Shown one piece after another: positions 36,974 through 50,560 of a stretch of 64,000 bases of DNA. The stretch comes from Microbotryum violaceum. Its lineage: Eukaryota. Position 1 is the stretch's first letter. The number at the start of each line of letters is the position of its first letter. A program made the position numbers and the translations under genes. Where the stretch lies: NCBI GenBank assembly GCA_001244265.2, contig CDLV01000016.1, positions 992,001-1,056,000 on the forward strand, given 5' to 3'. The notes under the pieces are model-generated. The model ran no database searches. It saw only the letters and a program-made list of their open reading frames with translations, and was not told the DNA's origin.

Positions 36974-38234
36974 GGTGCCACTGCTGCTTGTTGAGGGAGA
37001 TGCAGAGGGGCAAAGAGGAGGGCGAGGGCGAAGCTGGGTGAGTAGACGGGAGTCGAAGGGAGAGAGGGACGGGCACGTTGAGGAAACCCAGCGGCGGCGA
37101 ATCACAGAAACAGCCAGAACAGGTCGGAACGTGCTCTGAAAGCTACGGCCCACGACTCACGTTCCAACGCTTTGTGTGCCTCCCCTCGTATCAGATCGAA
37201 TAAATGCGCACGTGTCCTAAATCTCTACAGGAGATGGCTAGAGCTAGGGCCATGCGGTGCGGAGTTGGCGCCGAACGCGAGCGTTTCCCCCGCGAAATCC
37301 TATTTTCGGCCGACAGATGCCTGGCAAATCACCGCTCACTGACTCAGGGGCTTATAGCCGGGTTTTGTAATGGCCTATCCGGAACCTGCGAGAATTTGTC
37401 GAATATCCTCAACCTTGGCTTCACGAGCCTTGTGTTCTTTACGAAAACGTACTTGCACGCTTGTGGGACTACTCTCGCAACGCCGACAGAGAAAGGCTTT
37501 TCTCAAGCGCTTCGGCAGAGGACGGTCCAAAAATAGAAACTTAAGCTAGCTTGTGCTGTCCGCGCTACCCCCTGACATGAACTAAGTTTGAGTCACTTCT
37601 AGGAATTTGGATTCCGGGTGTTAGAAAAGCCGAGTGGATGGCAACTCAAAATGGAGGACTGGAACACCCATAGGTAAGTTGTTAACCCCTCCTTGCCGAG
37701 AAACGTGTTGCTGGGTAGCGCAAGCCTTTTCCAATCTGAGCAGTATTCGTCGCTCCAGCCCACGCCGACGCGAGCGGTAGGATTTGCGAGGACATACCCC
37801 TGTCCAGCTGGAGGCCGCTCGATCCGTGCTTGAGCTCGAAAAGCTCAGCTCGCATACTGTCGAATTTGTAGGACTACCATCATGAAGCTCTTGCGCTTTT
37901 CCACATGGTGGCCTGTATCCGTCAGGCTGTCAGACGACCTGCAAGCGATAGTAAATTTAGACTGATCACGGCGGCAGACTCCTGAGTCGACTTTGCGACA
38001 GGTCGGTGTCGGCAACAATATAACTAGACCAGCCACTCTACCCAAAAATGTCCGCATGGAATGTACTACCTCCGATTTTCGAGTGGTGCCCCACCGGCGC
38101 GCGCATGCCGGCCGGACTTTGCCAAACTTTGGCGCGCGGCCCTCGCAGCTCCTTCTTTTTCCTCTCTTCGTTCGGCTTTGCCTGCACATCGCATCCCGCG
38201 CTCCAGCTTCAAGCGACTTGAATTTCGGACGACC

Positions 38235-39321
38235 ATGTCGGTCGATCTGGACTGGCACGCGCTCGACGCCGATCTCACATCCTCGGTCGTGCACTTCCTC
38301 AGCTCGGCCTTCTCCAACGCGCCTCGACCGAATTTTATCGGTGACATCTCGGTCACGTCCTTTTCTTTCGGAGACACGCAACCTAGTATCGAGGTGATGG
38401 ACGTCAGGGATATAGATAAGGAGTTTCTGGAGGTCGAGGATGAGGAGGAAGGCTTGTTGGATAATCCTGCGGTCGGGAATCCGAGAACGGGGAGGGAGTC
38501 CCGATCTTTCGAAAGGGGGAGGCAGATGAGGGAAGAGCGGTCCGAATCGGATAGTGCAAGATCGGTGATGGGGAATGGGTTTGGTGTGGGGGCCATACCG
38601 ACGATGACGTCCCATTTGAGACCTTCGTCGGCGCTGTTCTCACCCGGACTGAACCAAACACGGTCGATCGCTTCGCACTCGTCCCCGCCTCCGCCTCCGC
38701 AATCGCAACGCTTTCCACACGAGGTCCGTCACAACAGACGAAACTTGAGAAGACCGTCCATAGACTCGCAGGAAGCAGCTCTACCACCGCCTTCGACGTC
38801 GTCGTCCCCGTCGTTGCAGATCCACCTGCGCGTCACCTACTCCGGCAACCTCTCCATAGGCCTCGCAACCTCGCTCCTGATCAACTACCCCTCACCCAAG
38901 TTCATGGCACTGCCTCTCAAGCTATCCATAACCTCGTTGGCGTTCGATGGCGTCATGCTCGTCGCTTTCGAGGGCGATCGACGCAGATTGCACGTCTCGT
39001 TCGTAGATCCGAACCAGGGTCAGGGAGGTCTCGGCGTCGCTTCCCCCGGTGCGAGGCTTTTAAGCGGCGCCGTCGTCGAGAGTGAGGTCGGTCAAGCGGA
39101 TAAGCATGTACTGAAGAACGTGGGCAAGGTCGAAAAGTTCGTGGTGGACGTTGCGAGGGCCTCGTTGGAGAGCGAGTTGATCTTTCCGTGAGTTTTACCC
39201 GCGAGTGTGAATGATGCCTGTACTGGAGTGGGGTCTTTGGATGCACGTCGATGTACTGGAACGTTCCTGCTGCTGATGAATGTTCTCTCACTGCAGCAAC
39301 TTTCAAACGATTCTCTTTTGA
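38235..39321 (+). CDS. MDM12: ERMES subunit Mdm12 (SMP domain)
   Basis: MSVDLDW..RPNFIGDISVTSFSFG..DVRDID..LLINYPSPKFMALPLKLSIT..SEVGQADKHVLKNVGKVEKF..ELIFP|NFQTILF. Confidence 0.92.
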
Positions 39322-39820
39322 GCGACGAGTTCCTTCTCGGTTCTTTGCACACTGACTTCGCAACGCCGACACCCCGCCGACGACATTCACATCTACTGAC
39401 CCCTCTGGATACCGTTTTTTTTTTTTTTAGAAAGCTTTGTATTTAATGAATGTTGTAACAAGCATTGTATGAACCGGATCAAAATCCGTTCATATCGAGC
39501 GGAGCTGGGCCGCTCATGAGCACGTGACCTAAGCGGCGCGACCAGGATGCCGAAGCCGGACGACTTGCGCGGCCAGCCAATTCAACTCGTCTACGGTCTT
39601 GCGCTTCCTTCTCCCGCAGATCGCGGACTCGGATTCGAATACGGGACCTTTTGGATCAGTCACGTCCGAGACGAGGAATCTAAAAGGTGTCCGAGGCTTA
39701 TTAAGAGTCCCAAGTAGTCGACTAGCTCGTTGACACAACCTCCGCACTTGGCAGCTCGTGCGAAGTTCCTCCGTCCTGTCCTCCTTTTTCCGATCAGATC
39801 ACCCACACTAAAGCTCCACC

Positions 39821-41796
39821 ATGTCCGCCGTCAGTGGAGCTTCCACATCTCTACTCACGAGGCTGGAATCCCAATTGCGAACACCGAATGGGAAACTTGT
39901 GCTCGTGGCGTTGGCGACGACGTTATTGACGACGGGTACGATCTTGACCACTCAAAAAGTCAGGAGGAAGAAGAAGAGGGGGGATTTGAGGGAGGTCGTT
40001 GAGCGGAGGACGAGGGAAGAAGATGAGGGAGGGGAGGAGGAAGTGTTGAGGCAGTTTGTAGGTGGGCCATTGGACGATGGGAAAGGAGCGTTGAGCGAGA
40101 ATGCGGAAGGAGGGGACGGTGTGAGGAGCAAGTCGAAAAAACCGACGAACGAGGTCATCATCCGGGAAGCGCTCGCGAGGAACTATGTATTCTTTGGAGA
40201 AGGAGCAATGGCCATGATTAGAAGCGCGTTCGTCGTTGTCGTTGGTCTTGGAGGCGTCGGCTCGGCGTGCGCGACCATGTTGGTTAGGAGTGGGGTTCGT
40301 AAAGTCAGGTTGATCGATTTCGATCAGGTCTCTTTGAGCTCGTTGAATGTGCGTATCGGGAACGGAAGGAGGACATTGACAAGTTTTCCAGGATGATTAC
40401 CAGTGCTGACGTTCTTACCTGTTTCTCTCATAGCGTCACTCGACAGCAAACCTTGCTCAAGTCGGAACGCCCAAAGTCATCTCGTGCGCCGACTACTTTG
40501 CTTCCATCGCACCCTGGGTCGAGGTCGATGCGAGGAACGAGCTCTTTTCGAAAGAGGATGCCGATACACTGCTGGAAGGTGTGCTATGCTCCATTGTTGT
40601 CGCGACAATTATGATGGAGCTGATCAGATGTTTATTTTGCTCAATCTCGACAGGCAAACCTGACTACGTGATCGATGCGATCGACAACATTGATTCCAAA
40701 GTAAGTATAGACGCACACAGAACCGATCGCATACGTCAATGCTCGATGATGGACCTTCTTTTCCTGTTCACAGGTCGATCTACTCGTCTACTGTCACAAA
40801 CACCACCTCCCCGTCTTCTCCTCCCTCGGCGCGGCGGCAAAGTCAGATCCTTCGAGGATCCAAGTCAGCGACATCTCGACAACGTTCGAAGATCCGCTCG
40901 CCCGAGTCGTCAGAAGAAGACTGTAAGTTTACCATACCGGTGTCGCTCTTGCTCATCTGGACGAGTCAAGCTCAGTTTCGTCTTCGGCTCTGGCTTTCGT
41001 AGTAAGTTGGAAGGCGTCCATTCCGGTGTACCCGTCGTCTATTCAACCGAAAAACCGAGGGACGATCTCGGCTTACTTCCACTACCGGAGGAGGAATTTC
41101 AGAAGGGCAAAGTCGACGAGTTGGCGGCGATTCAGAACTTTCGAGTCAGGATTTTGCCTGTGTTGGGACCTTTACCGGCGATGGTGAGTTTCTCGTTTTT
41201 CGAGACCGAAGCATGCTCCAAAGTCGGTTTGGACGGGAAACGTCGGAAACTCATCTCCGGGCCATTCTCGTTGGATCAAAGTTTGGAAACGCAGCTGCGA
41301 CCTATGTACTCCAAGCGCTTGCCGGTTTCAAAATGGAACCTTTGCCAGTCAAGAACCGCCACAAGATGGCCGCGACGATTCACCGCCAACTCGCCGCCGT
41401 CGAGATTCGTCTTTCGGGATTGAACAAGATCCCCATGAGCGAAGACGATGTGCTTTATTTGTTCGAAGAGGTGTTCAGGGCTAGAAGTGTGGCGCCTTTG
41501 TTGGGACTGCCGAGTCGACCGTGTTTGTTGAGGTGGGAGAAGGAAGGAGGGTTGAGGTGGGATAATTTGGTGGTTTTTGATCGGGCGGAGGGGGAGATGT
41601 AAGTCTGTGAGTACACGAAGCTGTGTTTCGACTCGAGAAAGCTGAAAACAATCTAATTGTGGATGCACACAGTCATGAGAAAGAGGTGCTGATAGGGGAC
41701 AAGCGGCCCGAGGAGCTGTGGGGCCCCGAAGTGACGGCACTCGTTCAGAAGCGACACGCGGAGGAGCGGAGACTGAGGAAATATCGGATAGAGTAG
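39821..41796 (+). CDS. TCD2: tRNA threonylcarbamoyladenosine dehydratase (ThiF/E1-like, Tcd1/Tcd2 family)
   Basis: N-terminal TM, EALARNYVFFG, VVGLGGVGS, IDFDQVSLSSLN|RH, DAIDNIDSK, DPLARVVR, VVYSTEKP, FRVRILPVLG. Confidence 0.9.
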
Positions 41797-42026
41797 GGAG
41801 TACCCTATTACTTGAACCCAAGGGTAATACACCTTTCTCTTTCAACCATTCTCCCCGGAGAAATCATAACCTCGTAGCACAAGCTGTGCGGACATTTGAT
41901 TCATCCATTCTCAGCAGGAAATGAACGACCGCATAAATACCCAAAACTTTCAAATATACCCTATACACCACGAGATAAGCATTAAACGACCCAAGAAATA
42001 AAACAGTCCCTGGGTGACCCCTTAAA

Positions 42027-44220
42027 TTAAGCGACTTGATGCTCAACGGCGACGTCGACATGAACCCCTTTCAAAATCGACAAGCTCTGCTCCCTCCGCC
42101 TCTGCCAATTCTCGACGACCTTGCGCTCGTCCTCGGTTCCCGCCAGCGGTCCCAGTCCATCGATCGGAACGTCCACTGTGGTGTAATTATGTCTCAACGA
42201 CGTTCGACTAATTCCGACAGCTAGCCCTTTCCCACTCGTGATTAGGAGGCCCTTGTGGTTCGCCCGCGCGGCGTGCCGACGCCAGGAGCAGATCGTCTTG
42301 AGCGTGATGGCCGCCATGGCGAGCATACCCCAAAGGGTGTACATCCAAACGAAGCCCGTGAGAAGGAATTCGAATCGGGCCGGGTTGAGCAGGATTTCGT
42401 AGCATTGAAGAGCGAACCAGATTGAGAAGCCCATGAAGACGAGGCATGAAGGCACGACTGAGACGAAGAAGAGCATCACGTCCCATTCAAGTCGCTTGAG
42501 CCGAGTCGATGCGCCAAAGTAAGAAGAAGTCGAGAAGTCGTTGGCCTCCCACGGGGCGGTGGGAAGCGTTGTCGTTTCAGGGACGCCGTGACTCGGTAGG
42601 GTAGAGCAATTGGTGGCGCCCTTTTCGCTATCGGATGTCAGCGGCGACTCGCTGAGTTTTCTGTCTTCGGTAAGTATAAGCCTCAACGGAGCTACGAGAG
42701 GCGTGTTGGCTGGGACAGGTACGACGTAAGACGTGCAGCTGTCGAGCGAGCGAAGAGTATAGACGAGGTAGATACCGCCGATAAAGTTGAGCTGTTCAGT
42801 GAATCGGAAGAAGAAGGAAGGAGGTGTCAACATGCTGCGCTCGCGGGCGCACGTGCCGGAAGCGCACGGAGTGTGCGACTCACAATAATGAGGAGAAATG
42901 CAAACAAGCAATACACGACCGTGCACCCCTGTACCGCTCTTCTCCAGTGGTCGGCCGACGCAATTCTGAGAATAAAGACGGAATAATCCGGCCATTTCAG
43001 TGAAATGTTCGCGCGCAGTCCGGGAACCCCCAGCGTGCCTCTCAGCGTCAACTCACCTTTGATCAGAGAGATAATTGACGGTGTCGATTGTTGATTGGCT
43101 CAAGGTCCCATCCCATTCCCTAGCCGCCGATTGAAGCGTTTCATATAGAACCTCCCAGTGTTGGGCGAACGTCCGCCACGCCGCGGCATTGATTCCCCCA
43201 GTCACGCCGATGCAAATCACAAACAGCGGCACGAACGCGAAGTAGAGGGAGTTGGCTGCAAGTGGGGAGAGGCGATGGCGATCCGAAGTTGGTGCCCGCC
43301 GTGATGCGAGATTCGCACCAGAGAGCGTCGTGCTCGTCGTTGTTGAGAGGTGGACGAAGAGGGGGATGTAGGTAAGAGGCTGGTACAGGAACAGGAGCTG
43401 AGGTGTAACCGTAGTCTTGTAGAACATGAAGTAGAGGTAGACGACCCAACCGATCCACACTGAAATTGGTGAGGGGGCCAGGGGCCGCGCAGGACAGGTC
43501 AGTCACAGGGCTTCGGGCTCGACTCGAAGTCCGAGTCACGTGAGCAAGCCGAGAGTGAACGTACCGAGCATGAGGATCGAGAAGCAGACCGGATACCCCA
43601 GGTATTGATTGACAATGATATATCGACCTGCAAAGACGAGGGATGCGACATGTTCAGTCCCGGCCCCTAATTCGATAAGTGTCGACAACGGTTGGTAGAC
43701 CACCAAAAACGTGTCTCACCTTGAGGCCGGGATACGACGCGCGCGAACCAGATTTGTTTCCGCCGAGCTTTAATGTCACGGATCGTCATGAATAGATACA
43801 GAAAGGCGACCAAGATGGCTCTAGGGAAAGGCGAAACCGCGGTCAGTACTTGGGTAGAGCATGCTGCTAGTTTTGACACGTTATTGTCGCATCTCGACTC
43901 GGAGTGAAACAGTGGGGCGCCCGGCTCGGACACCTTCCCGAATGGGCATAGTTGAGGTCCCGGGCGAATTGGCGCACAACCTGGCCCAGCGTCGTATCAC
44001 CGTATACACACATTCTTCGAAGGCACGAGATAAAAACATCCCACACTCACACTGACAGGAGGCACAGTAGTACCTTGACGCGATCCAGAAAGTGTGGACC
44101 GAAAGAAGGGTACATCTGGGCCTTGATCATCTTCGCGAGCCATTGCCATGGATTGCCTTCGAAGCCGTCGGGCAACGTCAAATGCGCAATGGTCAGCGGC
44201 ACTGCCGCGGCGGTCGACAT
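42027..44220 (-). CDS. Uncharacterised multi-pass (about 7 TM) membrane protein, multi-exon
   Basis: Hydrophobic exons are linked by canonical introns (NPWQWL..WFARVVSRPQG|RYIIVN..). The start at 44220 is inferred. Confidence 0.68.
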
Positions 44221-45287
44221 TGTTGCTTCGATTCGTCACTCCCCGTCCCGACGGTCAATTGGATACCCAGCAGACTTTGAAGTCGCGAGAGCGTGATCAG
44301 GTTACCTCGAGCCCAGACGAGCACGAGGTGTTGTTGAATCGCGTGAGTCGGGGATGCTAGTCGCGTCGTCGAGTTGGGGTTGGAGGTGTCAACTTATTCG
44401 TAGGGCAGAAGTCGAAAGCTGAAGGGTGGCGCGCCGAGCGCTTCGCACTCGGAAAACCGTGGCGTCAACAGCTCTGATAAAGGGGCGACCTGATTTTCGC
44501 CTTTCTGGCGTAATGCCAGCTGCAATTAACACCAGGTACGAGCGGTGAAGTAGGTACTGAGCGGGGGGCCCGGTGAAGCTGAGGCGGCCAACTCGGTTGA
44601 GACATCCCTAATTGAGAAATGTCGGCTTTGCTCAATTCCCACGTGCCTGACATGTACCCAACTCCGTTTCTTCGCGGCGCAATGTGAGGCACACTTGATC
44701 GAGCGCTCAGGCCCAGTACAGGCAAAATTTCTATTCACACCAGGCCACCCCTTTATGTAGTCTGTATCCTCGTGCGACCTCAGGTCTGTGCGAATCAAGA
44801 CGGGCGGCGCTTGGAAAATTACTCGTACGTAGCTCAGACTCGGGAGTGGCGCCCAACTTGCTGATCAACCTAACAGGCATAGTCAGAGACGTCTCCGGCG
44901 GCTTGCGGTGCCATTGATCCGGTTTCGGAACTTCGTCGACGACAAGTACCCTTACACGGGACTCCGCGACGTAGTAGTCGGTTTGCTGTGTTTCATGGAT
45001 ACCCAAACTCGATTTCCATGCGCTTGATACCGGTTTCGACTTGTCCATAGACGATCGTTTTGAAGCTCGGTCGAATATCCGACGTTCGATGAGTCCCCAA
45101 CTCCGACTCGCCTCTTATGACCCTGCACCGGTACTTAGCTCGATAGGGTTCGGAATCTTGACACGCACAGGGGTGGGTTGTACAACATACGCATAGCTTC
45201 GTATTTCCACCGGACCGAAACCTATCTGGGATGTGCTCTACTCTCCCAAAAGATATGAATAATCTATCCCCTGACCATTGGAACTGG

Positions 45288-47027
45288 TCAATGGTCTGAA
45301 GCGCCGCCTTCGGGCTCGAACAGTTTGAGAACTGCACCTCGGAAAATCGCGACATTGTAGTCGATCAAAGCGCCCTTTCGATCCATGACGTTTGGTCGCA
45401 GCAGAGCAACCAGAGAAAGCTCGCTATTCGTTGTGAGAGTGAAAATCAAGGAGGTGACGTCGATGCGTCAGTTGGAACATAAAATCCATGTAGGCGAAAA
45501 CAAAAGCTTACGAACTGATGGCCCATTGTGCTATTGTCGAGCCCGTTCCCAATTTGACTCGGCTGCTAGGTAATCGTTGCGGCGGTGCAGTCTCGGAAGG
45601 AATTGCCATGGTGCGAGACGTCGCCGGCGTGTTGTTCGAGGACGCTGGGTCGATGCGTGACATGGATTGCACGCCCGAAGGACCTCGCTGAGTCGAGGTT
45701 CTGGAGGGTGACCGAGAATGCCCCGGCGTTTGTGGGTCCGAAGGTCTAGTGGGCAAACCGAGCCGAGATTTTCAATATGAGCAATCCGAACGAGGGTGAA
45801 CGTGAAAGAGGGGTGCGACTGACTCGTAGAGGAGAGTGAAATCGCCGACGAGGTCAACGTAATCCGAGCAAAGCACGTAAGTGTCGCTGTCGAGGGGCGT
45901 CGTGTCGGTCGCGAGATACAGCTTGGACGAGATGTCAAAGATGAGAGCTTTGTCCATCGAGCATTGCTATAGGTAGACAATGATGCTATCAGCCCTTGAT
46001 GTAATTCCGAAATCGCAGATAAGTAGATACTCACCTGCACGAGTTGATCCAACAATCGCTCGAGAAACGCCTGCTGCGGCAACAGCTTCTGAATGACCCG
46101 CGAGAGCGCCTCGTAGATTGAGGCATCAAACACGGATGTGAGGTGGTAAAATACATGAACTGATGCCTCAAGTTCTGGCGATAGATCGTCCAGCTCTTCT
46201 CCGAGACGATCCCGTAAACTTTGCAGAGTATCTGTGCGACGGTGAATGGGTCAGACTGATTTTGATTACCCATTACAGAGAAGACACAAATTGAGAGCAC
46301 GGGGCACGACCACTCACCCAACTGATGATCAACACTCAGGATGTCGATTTTGTGCAAGAAGATCTCGAACTGGATCTCCTTGTTCGTTTCGTAACCCTTT
46401 TGCATTGTCAGCCCCATTTTCCGGATCAGGTCCGCGAACGGCATCGATGCGTCGAGGACGAAAATGACGGCGTCAACTTCGCTGAAAGAGAACGTCCATG
46501 ACGAAAGGTCCAAAGGCCCAGCGGGGAGGTTCCACATCTTGATTGAGACGAAGGAGCTGGGGAAGGCCGGTGTGGTCAGTGCCGGGATCTGATGTGGGGC
46601 GCCAGGGTGAGCGCAGCGACGAGCGCCATCTGCGGATGGCGCCGTACTCACTTGACATCATCCGACTTGTTGCCTCGATCAATGAAGAAGGTGTTGCTCG
46701 GCGCCATACGCTCAAAGACGACCTTGCGGATGCTCGATTTGCCGGCGCTGCGGGCGCGACGAAGACGGCCGATAGCGGTTCAGCACTCGGTGGATCCAAT
46801 CACATCATCGATCACGGGGCACGTAGACTAGATGTAGGAGGTGGGCCGCTGCTGCCTGCTACCTGCTGCTGTTCATGCCCGACGGCTCTACAGCCACGGC
46901 CGTGCAGCTACGGAACAGCTTCATCACTATCCGCTCGTCCGCTGATCACTCACTCGCGAGGTCCAATGAACAACAGCCGCGGTCGTAGCTCTTCTTTTGG
47001 TCGTGGCCCATTGCCTAATATCGACAT
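45288..47027 (-). CDS. GTR2: Rag C/D-type small GTPase Gtr2
   Basis: LFIGPR|xAGKSSIRKVVFERMAPSNT, FEIFLHKID, HLTSVFDASIYEALSRVIQKL, FDISSKLYLATD, LCSDYVD, LIDYNV. Confidence 0.88.
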
Positions 47028-47329
47028 GGGCGCCAGTACACCGGGCTGGGTAGCCGTCAAAGGCCCGGACATCGTTATCGTCGAGCGTCGAGGTCGAGCG
47101 TTCGAAGCGACAGGAGTCGTACGCTGCAGGGACGGTACAGCGGAGGGTTAGCTGAGGCAATCAAACCCTTCGAGTACGAGGTGGCGCTTAGACACCTACT
47201 TCAGGGTTAAAGTCCGCGATACGCGACCGTGCTCTAGACTGGGGAGGATGTAGGAGCATAAGTGGGACTCGCGAGCGGCGTGTCGATCGATGACGATAGA
47301 TGGTCCGAGCGCTGGGAGGCGCTGGGGAG

Positions 47330-47700
47330 CCGGCTTGAACCCCGGCAAATGCCATGGGCGTCTGATTCGAGAAATACAAATGTGTGCAGTATATTCCGAC
47401 CAGATTCCACGCGGATCAATGACTGCAGCACGCCATTCCTCGAAATCATACGTTGTAGGCCGCAAGTCAGAGCGCAAATGAACATCTGTGAGCACCTCCA
47501 GGATGCCGCGATCTCTGCACTTGAGAACGCTCTCCGCGACCCAGTGTGCCTCGTGCCCGAAGACCCTCTCAGAGCAAACCAAGCAGCAGAAAATTCGAAA
47601 ATTGGCATCTGTGAAGTACTGTTTCCATTCGGCACGGATCTCAGCTCGGAGCCGGGCGGACGCAGGAGTGTAGGGCGAGGACCGCTCAGCCTGCGTGGTT
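47330..47700 (-). pseudogene. Fragment resembling the N-terminal (pre-DUF6570) region of basidiomycete Helentron/PIF1 rolling-circle TE proteins
   Basis: CLVCSERV...LRPTTYDFEEWRAAVIDPRGI, recognised from memory of this TE protein family. Truncated, with no Rep or helicase. Confidence 0.5.
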
Positions 47701-48423
47701 CGGCGAAGCCGTGTGTCGTCGTCAGCGCGGCTGTCATTGTTGGTCGCCGCTCGTCGTCTGTTCTGAGTCGCATTCTCTGTCAATAACCTTTCCTCTCGTT
47801 CACAATCTCCTTGCTCAGTTCTGCTTGACACGACTCCAATGTTTTGTGCCGGTAGACCGTGTGGCGGCGTACGCAATGCCGTCTGGGGACCAGAATGTCA
47901 TTGGCTGTGCTTCGCCTGAAGATGTAGCCGCTCTCACATGCTGGACAAGTCTCAGTGCATGAAGACAATAGAATACGCAAAAACAGTTTCTCTAGCCCTT
48001 GATCGCCGAAGAGAGTAGCCTTGCAAGTTGTGAGTCTGACAAAGAATCTGTAGTTGTTCCAAACGAAGTTTGACGTTGGACAAGACGAGCTGTCGCAATG
48101 AGCACCTGATTACTAGATTGTCGTCGAGCGAATGTGAGGCAACAAATCTGTTTGGTCCATGATAAGTGTACTGTACTTGTTCGCCATGCTGGCAAGAGCG
48201 ACTGCGTCTTGTCAAGCCAGGCTCCCAAATGCTGTCCAATGAGTCGCAATGACTCGGCGTCGGGAGGCACGACTATGACACGTGAACTGGTAGAAATCGA
48301 CATCGCCGCAGGGTGGGTGGACACAAATGCCACTTGATACCAATGACTAGTGTGTCGGACCGACTGAGCACCGTTCGTGACTGATGAACTGCTCCACGGT
48401 GGAGGAGGGCTGTACCGACACAT

Positions 48424-48622
48424 GTCCGCACATGAGGCTGCGGTCCGCACATGAAATCTGTGGTCCGCACATGAGAATTTGAAATCACCATAAGTCTTGC
48501 AACACATATCGTATCATGTTCTTCTTGCAGGTTCAACCTAGAAATACTTACATATTTGTCCTACGACATCGAAAAGATACGATATCGTCATGTATTGACC
48601 TATAATCAAGTGTCCGCACATG
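48424..48622. repeat. GTCCGCACATG x4
   Basis: Copies at 48424, 48443, 48463 and 48612. Confidence 0.85.
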
Positions 48623-49560
48623 TACAACCTCCGTCTCGGTCGAGTTCTGCGACGCTCCCGAGCTCGTCAACGGATTTGTCGCCTTCTGACCCTTCTTGTG
48701 CCGGCGCCTCGTTTGTTTGGCCTTTCGCCGCCGCTTCTTGGAATCTTCCACAGGACCAGGGCCTCCACCATCCACCTCCCTCACGAGATCTTCCAGTGCA
48801 CCCGACATTGTGAACATCCTGTACACCTGGGCCAGAGCCCCGGCGCACTTTGAGCCGTCCGAGTCGCCGGTAGACGTAGTAGCAGATTGGCCCGAGGCGA
48901 TCGCGCGTGCCCGCCGCCCCTGTTTCGCAGACATTGCCTTGACCCTGGGCGGGGCTGGGGTCGTGATCTTCTTCGCCTTATTGGAGCCTTCCGATCCGGA
49001 CTCGACGATCGGGCGCTCGGGGGTCAAAAGGTGAAAGCCATCCGCCCCGACGGCGCCCTTGGTCGCAATCTGGCGGGTCGACGCACATCTCCCGGGCTGC
49101 ACGGCCTCGAGTCGTGTCTTTCGATCGCGAATCAATGCGAGAGGCTGGAGGGGACCCATCTCGAATCCGTGGCCTTGGCGCCCTTGCAGGAGCGGGGTTG
49201 CACGGAACGGGCGCAGCGCAGGCGTGGACTGGCGACGCAGGTGTTCGTCCGAACCCCCATCGAACGAAGTGTCGGGGAAGAGGACCCGGGGCGAATGTTC
49301 GATGGCTCGCGGGGCGCTCGGTGGCTTCGAGACCAAGTCGCACCGATAGAAGTCGTACAGGTTGCGGATGGGAGTAATTGCATCGCAGATGGCGCGAACG
49401 TCAAGTTTGGTGCCGACTCGATGCAAGACCGCTGCGGCGTGTTCCTAACCTTGGCTCCAAGTGGCGAGTTGAAAGACTGACGGATCCAACCGGTATCGAA
49501 GGTTACGGTCCAGCCAAGCTCGAAAATCGCTTGATAAGTGCCAAGCCTGGCCTCAGGGCG
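48548..49560 (-). CDS. Possible spliced ORF of unknown origin inside the TE island
   Basis: 292-aa ORF with a basic KKRRRKAKQTRRRHKK stretch. A putative GTCAGT..CAG intron (~49431-49480) links it to an upstream exon. Confidence 0.3.
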
Positions 49561-50009
49561 AGTATAAAAGCGCCCCCCCCCCCCCCCTCTCACCTCTCTC
49601 TCTCTCTTTCCTTCTTCTTCGTTGATGAGTACCTCTCACATGGCTCCTCCACCACTGGGCCGAAACCGACTAGCGCATCGACGCAGCACCGAGGCGGTAG
49701 GTGGTGGAAGTCGGCAGTAGTGTACCATCAGCCACCGTGAGTTCACCCCTCCCACTTGTTGCAAGTATGTACCACCGTCGCTGACTTGGGCACTGCCCTC
49801 CTCTGGTCTTGACTCGGATCGTCACCAGCCTCCGATCTCGCTCTTGATCGAAGAGGGGCCCACGGCAGTCCTGGTCGTCTTGCGAGGTAAAAAGTTTGGG
49901 AGAGGTTGTTGGTTATCATTGTATCGGGTCAGTCCCGCTTGTGGCCGGCTCGCAGCTGCGGCATCATCGGCCGGACCCGACCTCGTACGACGGACTTGGG
50001 CTGACCTTG

Positions 50010-50560
50010 CTCTCACCTTCACCTTTGCATACCCGTTCATCTTCATCTTCATCCACCTTCACATCACACCTTACTCACCTCCATCACCATCTTCACCTCC
50101 ACATCCGATTCTTTTCTTCACCCTTCACCCTTCACCCTTCCCCATTGTCAGAGTGTATATTGTTGTTTCATCCCACTTCTATTACCGATCACGATTAGTT
50201 ACTAGTTGTTGATATTAGTCGCCTCGCGCGGCTATTGCTTGCCTCGCGCGCTCCTACTCTGCGCTTCTCTTCTTTCTCCAACTGTCTTTACTATCATCCT
50301 CGGCTCTCGTACTAAACGTATCTCGTGCCTCGGCTTTAGGTTCTAATACCCATCACGTTCGCTTCCGCCTCGAAACACCTCCACCTCACCACCTTGATCC
50401 CTTGTCGTCACCTCTACATCTGTTCCTCCCCATTGCACCGCCACCTTTGACTTACCCTCATTTCATGCTGCTCTTTTTTTGACCTTGATCTTGAACGCCG
50501 ACCTCGCCTTCACCGCACCGTCAACCTCTTGCTTACGTCATCCACCTCCACCTCCACCTT
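50010..50560. repeat. Pyrimidine-rich low-complexity tract (CTTCACC/CACCTC units)
   Basis: Visible runs such as CTTCATCTTCATC, CTTCACCCTTCACCC and CACCTCCACCTC. Confidence 0.7.

Noticed and set aside
44465..45280. Short ORFs between the 7-TM gene and GTR2
   Set aside because: No homology cues or consistent exon chain.
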